Source of the DNA: Aequorivita sp. | GTDB lineage: Bacteria > Bacteroidota > Bacteroidia > Flavobacteriales > Flavobacteriaceae | Direction of reading: 5' to 3' | DNA length: 64,000 nucleotides | NCBI GenBank assembly: GCA_024637015.1 | Contig: JAGXGE010000032.1 | Span: 73,531-137,530 of the forward strand | In this document: one piece after another, positions 57,039 through 64,000 of the stretch | Layout of the letters: every line of letters begins with the position of its first letter | How positions within the stretch are numbered: the first letter of the stretch is position 1 | Position numbers and translations under genes: made by a program | The notes under the pieces: generated by a model | Databases searched by the model: none | Seen by the model: the letters and a program-made list of their open reading frames with translations, nothing else | Told to the model about the DNA's origin: nothing

Positions 57039-58972
57039 TTGTAGAATTTTAAGATAAGCATTTCAAAAAGTAAAAAGAGCAATGCAAAAATAGCAAACCA
57101 TTTCCAAAAACTGTTGATGGAGTTTGCTTCGGAAATAGAATCAAAAAGATCTTCCAAAGAACTGTAAACATCAACGCCTTCCCAATCCTCAGGATTTAGG
57201 TATTGTAGCTCGCTTTCGCTGCGTGAATAATTGTAACTTATATTTTCCAAAATTTCGTTTTCTTTCACGATTTGATAGTTGCCAGCTTTAGTAGGTTCAT
57301 CAGTTGTGTTCATCAATACAAAGTTGGCCTTTGTTTGTTGAAGTGGAATGAACTGAGAGGTACTGTCTTTAATCGTAAGGATTTCGTCTGGCCCCAATTT
57401 CACTGGAACTGCAATGGAATTTTGCTCCCCAATACTGTAATACAAGTGTGGCAACGGCAAACTCTGCAAAGCCATATTGTATATTGTGGGAACCACCAAA
57501 GGCGAATTCTGAAAATTGGAATTTTCTTTATTGATTGCTGCTGTGAATAAATAAGTTTTACTTTTTTGAAGTAAAAACGGCTGGTTGTCTTCAAAACCTA
57601 TTGTAGGCGTTGCATTTGTTGAAATATTGTAGAAAGAATTTACTTTCGGGTATTGAAAATTTGCCACTTCTTTTTCAAAAACATCTTTAAACAACGGATG
57701 CGAAAAAACAATATTTGTAATCTTTTTTTCCTGAATTTTTTCTTCCGAAAACGTTCCCAAAGTCATAGATAAAAGGAAGTTATTGTAGCTGTTTAACTCT
57801 ATTTCAGATGCTGGAATTAATAATACACTTCCGCCGTCATCACTAAATGATTTTAAAGCTGTTGCCAATGAAGCCGGAATTTCTTTCAATTCATTTAAAA
57901 CTATGAAATTTTGATCTGGAATTTCGTTGTAGTTCAGTGTTTTAAACGTTTGTTGCGTAAACTGAAATTCCTCTTTTTCGAAAAGTCGTTGTAGAAAGTT
58001 GCCATTGGTTTCGTTTATTGCCAAGATCTTTATTTTTCCAGGTTTGTTTATGCTGAAAAACAATGTGTTGTCAAATGGAAGATTGGGATCGTTTAGTTCC
58101 AATTTTCCAATAAATTCTCCCGAATTGTCAATGTCAAAAGTTACCGTTCCATTGGCATTACCTGAAAAATCAATTGCGGTTTTGGCAATTAATTTTTCTT
58201 TGTTGAAAAGGGAAATCGGCGTTTCAGATATTTCGTTTCCGCCTTGGGTTTGTTGAAGGGTTGAAACCTTCACTTTCAATTGAGTAGTGGAAGCGTTTTT
58301 AGAAGCAACGAAAATGCTGTCAATAGCGATGTTTGAAGCTTTTACAGGTTTTAGCTGCACAGCATCCACGATTAAATTTTCTGGAATTGAAGGGAAAGCT
58401 TCTTTCAGCTGAAAATCGGAAATATAGACCAGTCGTTTCAACACGTCTTTTTCATTGGAAAAAAGTTGGTTGGCCTTCAACAAAACCTGACTCGGTGAAA
58501 GTTGGCTCTGTGAATATTTTATGGAAAGCACTTCATTTTTAAAAACTTGTGGTGAAGTATTTTTACGTTCGGAATTGTTTGTGAACCAACTTAATTTTTC
58601 AGTACCGCCGGTTTTATCAAACAAATCCTTCAAAGCACGTTCCAAGATTGGACCTGTGGCGCCTTTGGCCTGCATACTGAATGAATTGTCAATATAGACA
58701 ACAGTTTCCTTTTTGGTATTCAAAGCTGTTTTTGAAGCAGTAAAAGGTTGCGCAAAAGCAAAGATTATACAAGCCAGGGCTAACAAACGCATCAACAAAG
58801 TGAGCCATTTTTTTAGTTGTGAGCTCTTCCGGGTTTGGATAGTCACTTTTTTAAGAAAAGCGACATTTGTAAAATCTACTTTTTGGAAACGCCGAAGTTG
58901 AAAGAGATGAATAAATATAGGGATGAGCAGTAGGAAAAGGGCGTAAAGAATTTCTGGGTTTTTGAACTGCAT
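57035..58972 (-). CDS. BatA_N (aerotolerance N-terminal double-TM) domain membrane protein
   Basis: 645 aa. The N-terminus MQFKNPEILYALFLLLIPIFIHLFQLRRFQKVDFTNVAFL is the characteristic BatA N-terminal motif. There is also a C-terminal TM helix. Confidence 0.65.
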   Translation of the reverse strand: MQFKNPEILYALFLLLIPIFIHLFQLRRFQKVDFTNVAFLKKVTIQTRKSSQLKKWLTLLMRLLALACIIFAFAQPFTASKTALNTKKETVVYIDNSFSMQAKGATGPILERALKDLFDKTGGTEKLSWFTNNSERKNTSPQVFKNEVLSIKYSQSQLSPSQVLLKANQLFSNEKDVLKRLVYISDFQLKEAFPSIPENLIVDAVQLKPVKASNIAIDSIFVASKNASTTQLKVKVSTLQQTQGGNEISETPISLFNKEKLIAKTAIDFSGNANGTVTFDIDNSGEFIGKLELNDPNLPFDNTLFFSINKPGKIKILAINETNGNFLQRLFEKEEFQFTQQTFKTLNYNEIPDQNFIVLNELKEIPASLATALKSFSDDGGSVLLIPASEIELNSYNNFLLSMTLGTFSEEKIQEKKITNIVFSHPLFKDVFEKEVANFQYPKVNSFYNISTNATPTIGFEDNQPFLLQKSKTYLFTAAINKENSNFQNSPLVVPTIYNMALQSLPLPHLYYSIGEQNSIAVPVKLGPDEILTIKDSTSQFIPLQQTKANFVLMNTTDEPTKAGNYQIVKENEILENISYNYSRSESELQYLNPEDWEGVDVYSSLEDLFDSISEANSINSFWKWFAIFALLFLLFEMLILKFYK

Positions 58973-59017
58973 TCCTATAAATATTGTCCAAAGATAAAAA
59001 ATGGAATGTAATTAAAG

Positions 59018-60214
59018 CTATTTCTCAACTGTAAACGTAAAGGTACTTCCTTTTTCGGGTTCAGATACCAAAGAAATATTTCCTCCAAGCTTTGAAACCA
59101 AGCTTTTTACTGTTGCTAAACCTATACCCGTTCCTTCTTTACCGTCGCGGTCTTTTATCCCGGTGGTTTTAAAAAGGTTGAATATTTCTTCCTGCACCCC
59201 AAGGTCTATGCCCATTCCGTTGTCTTTGATTGAAAATTTATGGTAATCTGCTTCTTCCATATAATTTATGGAGACCATTCTTTGTTCATTTAAATTATAC
59301 TTCAAACTATTATCAATCAAATTGAGAAAAATCTGGGTAAGCGCAGCCTTATTTACATTTTGCAAAACCCCTTCTGTTGGATACTCAAAAACAGTATCGT
59401 CTGTTATTAAAATTTCTTTTATTTCTTCAAATAACTGTTTTAGCTCAATATCCTGCTTTTGGGTTTCCAACAGTTCATCAGATTTGTAAAATTTTAGAAT
59501 ACCATTTATGTAATTTTTCAGCGTAAAGGAAGATTCTTCAATATAATGCAGATACATTTCTGAATCTTCGGAGAGTTTTTCCAAGTTCTCTTCTCGAAGC
59601 ATTCGCGTTAGCGAAGTAATATTGGCCAAAGGCGATTTTAAATCATGTGAAACTACGTGCGCAAAAGTCACAAGTCTTTCATTTCTGCTTTGTAGTTCTT
59701 TTTGAAATTCAATTAAAAGATTGTTTTTTTTCTGAAGTTCAAAAAGATTTACAACTTGTTTCGCCAAAGCTTTTAAACTGATAATTTGAACTTCGTTCAG
59801 TTGCCTAGGCTTATGGTCGAATACACATAACGTTCCCAATTTGAAACCATTTGAATTTGTAAGTGGCACACCAGCATAAAAGATTGCTTTGCTTTCTGTT
59901 ATCAATGGATTGTCTTTAAAACGTTCATCTTTTCTAGCATCTTCAACAATGAATATTTCTTCATCATGTAAAATGGCATGTCCGCAAAAAGAAATATTTC
60001 GCGGTGATTGATTAAAATCAAGGCCAAAGTGAGATTTAAAAAAAATTCGGTCTGTATCTAGAAGTGTGATTAATGAAATTGGTACTTCACAAATTGTTGC
60101 GACTAGCCTTGTAATGTTATCAAAATCATTTTCGGAAAGTGTATCGAGTATATTGTATTTTTTTAATTCAGCAATCCGTTCTTTTTCATTTTCGGGGAAT
60201 TTCGGATAAATCAT
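59018..60214 (-). CDS. Cytoplasmic GAF-domain sensor histidine kinase
   Basis: 398 aa. N-terminal GAF, H-box FAHVVSHDLKSPL, and HATPase N/G boxes (NLIDNSLKY, GTGIGLATV). Confidence 0.85.
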   Translation of the reverse strand: MIYPKFPENEKERIAELKKYNILDTLSENDFDNITRLVATICEVPISLITLLDTDRIFFKSHFGLDFNQSPRNISFCGHAILHDEEIFIVEDARKDERFKDNPLITESKAIFYAGVPLTNSNGFKLGTLCVFDHKPRQLNEVQIISLKALAKQVVNLFELQKKNNLLIEFQKELQSRNERLVTFAHVVSHDLKSPLANITSLTRMLREENLEKLSEDSEMYLHYIEESSFTLKNYINGILKFYKSDELLETQKQDIELKQLFEEIKEILITDDTVFEYPTEGVLQNVNKAALTQIFLNLIDNSLKYNLNEQRMVSINYMEEADYHKFSIKDNGMGIDLGVQEEIFNLFKTTGIKDRDGKEGTGIGLATVKSLVSKLGGNISLVSEPEKGSTFTFTVEK

Positions 60215-60305
60215 AAAAATATTTCAATGACTATTTTCCAGTAAATATAGTTCGATATAACGTGCCCGAAAAATGTATTAACAGGATATTACAATAAAAA
60301 AGAGG

Positions 60306-61508
60306 TTAATTTTTTTTGATTTTAAACTTAAAGGTTGTTCCCTTTCCCAATTTTGAAAAAACTTCTATTTCTCCGTCCAGTTTGGTAATAAGTTTTTTCA
60401 CGGTTGATAGTCCAATGCCGTTGCCTTTTCTTCCATTTCTGTCCAACTTACCAGTGGTGACAAATAGATCAAAAATATGGTTTAGTTTATTTTTGGGGAT
60501 ACCCATGCCATTGTCGACAATAGAAAAATGATAAAACCCATTTTCTTCCGTGCATTCAATGTCTATTTTTATCCTTTTCTTGTCGTTATATTTTAAGCTG
60601 TTGCCTACGAGATTGATAATAATTTGCTCCAAAGCTGCTCTGTTGGCATTCATTTCAATATTTTTTTCCGGAAGGTTTATCTCACAATCAATGCTGATGT
60701 TCAGTAGCTCAATCATTTCTTCCAAAAGGTCGTGGCTATCAAAAACCTCATTAGTCAGGGATGCTGTTTTGTCACTTTCATAATGTTCCAAAAGCCCAGT
60801 AATATATTCACTTAAAGTAAAAGAAGATTGTTTTATGTAATCTAAATAATCCTTTCCTTGGTCGTCCAAAAGTGAACCATATTTACTGCGCAACATATCA
60901 GAGGTTATAATCATATTTGCAAGTGGCATTTTTATATCGTGCGAAACGATACCTGCAAAATTTTTAAGTTCTTCATTCTTTTCCTCCAATTCCTGCTGAA
61001 CTGTCATTAAGGTTCTATTGCGTTTTCGCGCCTCAAAAAGGTTCACAACTTGATATGCCATGGCAATAAGTGCTTTTTTCTGTGATTTTGTGAGAGTCCT
61101 AGGTTTTACATCAAAAACACAAAGTGTTCCCAATGGGTAGCCTTCAGAATTTATCAAACGCACACCTGCATAAAAAATGGCGTTCATATCCTTTACAAGC
61201 GGGTTGTCCTTAAACCGTATATCTTTTCGGGCATCTTCAACAATAAAAATATTAGTTTCATCCAAAATTGCATGTCCACAAAAAGATATATTGCGAGGCG
61301 ATTCGTTGAAAGGTACGCCAAAGTGTGATTTTAAAAAATTTCGGTCAGCATCCATTAAAGTAACTAAAGACATGGGCACATCACAAATACTTGCTGTTAG
61401 TTCTGTAATATTATCGAAATCCTTTTCCGGCAATGTGTCCAACATATGGTATGACCTAACTGCGGCCAAACGTTGCTGTTCATCAACTGGGAATTTAGGT
61501 GCTATCAA
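60306..61508 (-). CDS. Cytoplasmic GAF-domain sensor histidine kinase (tandem paralog)
   Basis: 400 aa. Same architecture, with H-box FAGIVSHDIKMPL, NLVGNSLKY and GNGIGLSTV. The GAF domain is clearly homologous to the neighbouring gene. Confidence 0.85.
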   Translation of the reverse strand: MIAPKFPVDEQQRLAAVRSYHMLDTLPEKDFDNITELTASICDVPMSLVTLMDADRNFLKSHFGVPFNESPRNISFCGHAILDETNIFIVEDARKDIRFKDNPLVKDMNAIFYAGVRLINSEGYPLGTLCVFDVKPRTLTKSQKKALIAMAYQVVNLFEARKRNRTLMTVQQELEEKNEELKNFAGIVSHDIKMPLANMIITSDMLRSKYGSLLDDQGKDYLDYIKQSSFTLSEYITGLLEHYESDKTASLTNEVFDSHDLLEEMIELLNISIDCEINLPEKNIEMNANRAALEQIIINLVGNSLKYNDKKRIKIDIECTEENGFYHFSIVDNGMGIPKNKLNHIFDLFVTTGKLDRNGRKGNGIGLSTVKKLITKLDGEIEVFSKLGKGTTFKFKIKKN

Positions 61509-61634
61509 ATCTTTATCTCTAATTTATCTTAAATCCGAAAGAGTTAGGGATTTAAGGATTAAACGTAAATGTACAAAATTTAATAAGGAATTTTTAAAGC
61601 AAAAAAAATAATGTGAATTGGGTTAGTTTTTTTA

Positions 61635-62399
61635 TCAAAAACGTTCAAAAACGCCCAATCCGAAGAGGGCAAAATCATATTTTACTGGATCTTTTGCATC
61701 TAACTTCCGAAGTGAACTATCCAACTCAGCCAAAGCTTTGCCATCGTTTTGTTTTCTTTTAAGCAGATTAAGTTTTCTTGCTACGTTTCCACTGTGAACA
61801 TCTAACGGACACGAAAGTTGGGAAGGGGAGATGCTTTTCCAAATGCCAAAATCTACACCTGCATTGTCATTTCGAACCATCCAGCGCAGAAACATGTTTA
61901 TTCTTTTTGCAGCTGAATTTTTTAATGGATCACTAATGTGTTTTTGAGTTCTAGGAAGATGCGGAAGTTCAAAAAATATTTTTTTGAAATGATGGATTGC
62001 AGACTGCATGGAATCTTTTTCGCCATACTTTGCAAAAACGTTTTCTAAACCCTCGTGGTTTTTATAAATATTTTGAAGTGCTTTTAGAAAATAGAAAAGG
62101 TCTTCGTTATTAAAAGTTCGGTGTACAAACGTAGAAAGTGCTTCAGAATTCTTTTCAGAAAAATTCATTACAAAATCATAGGGCGAATTACCCATGATTT
62201 CCACCAAACGATGCCCGTTATTTATGATGCTTTTTCGGTTTCCCCAAGCAATTGTAGCCACTAGAAACCCCGCAATTTCAATGTCTTCTTTTAGGGTAAA
62301 TAAATGTGGGATTTGGATAGGATCCGATTCAATAAATTTTGGGTGGTTGTAGGTTTTAACTTTTTCGTCAAGGAAATCTTTTAGTTCGCTTTTCTTCAT
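61635..62399 (-). CDS. TIGR02757/DUF2400-family protein
   Basis: 254 aa. Family call by length and pattern only. Placed directly upstream of an ABC ATPase gene, 3 nt gap. Confidence 0.5.
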   Translation of the reverse strand: MKKSELKDFLDEKVKTYNHPKFIESDPIQIPHLFTLKEDIEIAGFLVATIAWGNRKSIINNGHRLVEIMGNSPYDFVMNFSEKNSEALSTFVHRTFNNEDLFYFLKALQNIYKNHEGLENVFAKYGEKDSMQSAIHHFKKIFFELPHLPRTQKHISDPLKNSAAKRINMFLRWMVRNDNAGVDFGIWKSISPSQLSCPLDVHSGNVARKLNLLKRKQNDGKALAELDSSLRKLDAKDPVKYDFALFGLGVFERF

Positions 62400-62402
62400 G
62401 AA

Positions 62403-63062
62403 TTATTTTACAATTTTACCATCCTGCATTACAAGCTTTCGGTCGGCCATATTTGCAAGCTCTTCATTGTGGGTAACGATTACGAAGGTCTGCCCAAATT
62501 CATCACGTAATTTAAAGAATAGATTGTGCAAATTTTCGGCACTTTCCGTATCCAAATTACCGCTGGGTTCATCGGCAAGAATTATTGCTGGATTGTTTAT
62601 TAAAGCCCTAGCCACAGCCACTCGTTGTTGCTCGCCGCCCGAAAGTTCGTTGGGTTTATGGTCTTCTCGGTTCGAGAGACCCAAAAAGGCGAGTAGTTCT
62701 TTTGCTTTTTTTATAGCTTCGTTTTTTGGTGTATTTTTAATAAAAGCTGGAATACAAACATTTTCCAGAGCTGTAAACTCTGGCAGCAATTGGTGGAACT
62801 GAAAAATAAAACCCAAATTTTCATTTCTGAATTTTGCCATTTTTTTCCCTGAAAGGGAACCAATATTTACTCCATTTACCAGCAATTTGCTTTTGCTGTC
62901 GTTTAAAGTGTCTAGTGTACCCAATATTTGAAGCAAAGTAGTTTTTCCTGCACCCGAAGCACCTACAATTGAAACAATTTCACTTTTTTTTATATGAAGA
63001 TCCACACCCTTCAAAACGTGGAGATTGTCGTAATATTTGTGAATGTTTTGTGCCTCAATCAT
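62403..63062 (-). CDS. ABC transporter ATP-binding protein (LolD/MacB-type)
   Basis: 219 aa. Walker [10 protein letters not shown], signature [15 protein letters not shown], Walker [12 protein letters not shown]. Confidence 0.85.
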   Translation of the reverse strand: MIEAQNIHKYYDNLHVLKGVDLHIKKSEIVSIVGASGAGKTTLLQILGTLDTLNDSKSKLLVNGVNIGSLSGKKMAKFRNENLGFIFQFHQLLPEFTALENVCIPAFIKNTPKNEAIKKAKELLAFLGLSNREDHKPNELSGGEQQRVAVARALINNPAIILADEPSGNLDTESAENLHNLFFKLRDEFGQTFVIVTHNEELANMADRKLVMQDGKIVK

Positions 63063-63149
63063 AGCAAAATTTTAAAGCGTGAAAGTACTATTTATAGTGC
63101 TATAATGCAATCCAATTGGTTATATTGTTTTTATTCAAACTTATGTGTT

Positions 63150-63157
63150 TACATTTG
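63150..63157 (+). promoter_or_regulatory. Candidate -7 promoter element TACATTTG
   Basis: Matches TAnnTTTG, 25 nt upstream of the folE ATG. Confidence 0.4.
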
Positions 63158-63181
63158 GCTTTAAATTCTTAAACAGAAAAA

Positions 63182-63781
63182 ATGTCATCATATAGATACT
63201 TTGAAGAATATGACCAACCTGTAACCGATAATTTAATTGAAAATTACAGCAAAATTTTAAATACAATTGGTGAAGATATTTCTCGCGAAGGAATACTCAA
63301 GACGCCTGAAAGAGCAGCCAAAGCGATGCAATTCTTAACTTCGGGAAATAGTCAAGATCCTTCAGAAATCCTGAGAAGTGCCATGTTTGCGGAAGCCTAT
63401 CACGATATGGTAATTATAAAGGATATTGAGCTTTATTCTTTATGTGAACATCATATTCTTCCTTTCTTTGGAAAGGCCCACATTGCATACATTCCAGATG
63501 GCTATATTGTGGGATTGAGTAAAATCCCTCGTGTTGTTGATGTTTTTGCGCGGCGATTACAAGTACAGGAACGTTTAACCCACGATATTTTGGAATGTAT
63601 AAACAATACATTGAAACCCAAGGGAGTGGCCGTGGTTATTGAAGCTTCACATATGTGTATGATGATGCGCGGTGTTCAAAAACAGAACAGCGTTACTACA
63701 ACTTCGGGTTTTCGTGGCCAGTTTGAAGCAACTGAAACCAGGAACGAGTTTCTGAAATTGATAAGCAATGATTTGTCCTAA
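63182..63781 (+). CDS. folE: GTP cyclohydrolase I
   Basis: 199 aa with the motifs LCEHHILPF and HMCMMMRGV. Confidence 0.92.
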   Translation: MSSYRYFEEYDQPVTDNLIENYSKILNTIGEDISREGILKTPERAAKAMQFLTSGNSQDPSEILRSAMFAEAYHDMVIIKDIELYSLCEHHILPFFGKAHIAYIPDGYIVGLSKIPRVVDVFARRLQVQERLTHDILECINNTLKPKGVAVVIEASHMCMMMRGVQKQNSVTTTSGFRGQFEATETRNEFLKLISNDLS

Positions 63782-63839
63782 ATTTTTTGGAATGTTTTTT
63801 GATTCTTTTTAATTGTAGTTGAAACAAAAGAACAAACAA

Positions 63840-64000
63840 TGAAAAACGAAAAATATAAATTACTACGCCAAGGAATTATTTATGATGTAGTTGGTATGGC
63901 TTCAATGGCAATACCTGTCGTGGGTCCATTTTTAGATATGCTCTGGGCGCCATTTGCGGCAAAAAAGATGAATGATATGTATAAAGGAACAGAAGGAAAA
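63840..64000 (+). CDS. Hypothetical small membrane protein (3' partial)
   Basis: ATG at 63840 encodes MKNEKYKLLRQGIIYDVVGMASMAIPVVGPFLDMLWAPFAAKKMNDMYKGTEGK... and runs off the window. Confidence 0.4.

Noticed and set aside
61177-62802. Plus-strand ORFs 61177..61611 (144 aa) and 62398..62802 (134 aa) antisense to the histidine kinase and ABC ATPase genes
   Set aside because: Both lie opposite genes with unambiguous catalytic motifs (H-box/HATPase; Walker A/B). Their composition is typical of antisense frames.
1-64000. Search for mobile elements, prophage, CRISPR, tRNA/rRNA and toxin-antitoxin or defence islands
   Set aside because: I recognised no integrase, transposase or recombinase-like ORFs, no long inverted terminal repeats, no repeat-spacer arrays, no tRNA-like T-arm/acceptor patterns and no clustered nuclease/ATPase/methylase genes. 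Gene content and tight operon packing look like conserved core chromosome.

Overview
AT-rich 64-kb segment that reads as core chromosome of a Flavobacteriaceae-type bacterium (Bacteroidota). Supporting this: a T9SS C-terminal sorting tail at the left edge, CarboxypepD_reg/STN-type TonB-dependent receptors with a DUF4249 partner, a BatA_N membrane protein, DUF4834, frequent TAnnTTTG (-7) promoter motifs 20-60 nt upstream of start codons, and hairpin terminators between convergent genes. About 60 protein genes are supported, mostly housekeeping: rsmB-like, maf, kdsC, fumC, fused CcsBA cytochrome c biogenesis protein, prfB, ltaE-like, pncB, S9 oligopeptidase, uvrA, ECF sigma factor, nth-like, bcp, folE, LolD-type ABC ATPase. 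I found no rRNA, tRNA, CRISPR array, transposase, integrase, prophage or recognisable defence island, and no convincing novel multi-gene system. The most unusual items are: (1) a well-formed TPP riboswitch aptamer with its own near-consensus promoter and an intrinsic terminator but no downstream gene, pointing into the 3' end of convergent prfB; (2) a CBS/CysK-fold PLP enzyme next to an alpha-oxoamine synthase, matching capnine sulfonolipid CapA/CapB, beside a convergent outer-membrane barrel + two-lobed GNAT operon that could hold an unassigned acylation or export step; (3) a dihydroorotase-like protein lacking the H-x-H metal motif, translationally coupled to a BatA_N membrane protein and two small paralogous membrane proteins; (4) an Nth homologue with no cysteines, so no 4Fe-4S cluster; (5) a secreted protein with a roughly 200-aa Ser/Asn/Arg/Thr-rich basic tail; (6) an 18-19 nt motif repeated just upstream of two terminators; (7) four small ORFs below the 60-aa track cutoff. 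prfB is split in the ORF track by its programmed +1 frameshift (CTT TGA C). Product calls come from motif recognition by eye and no database search was run.
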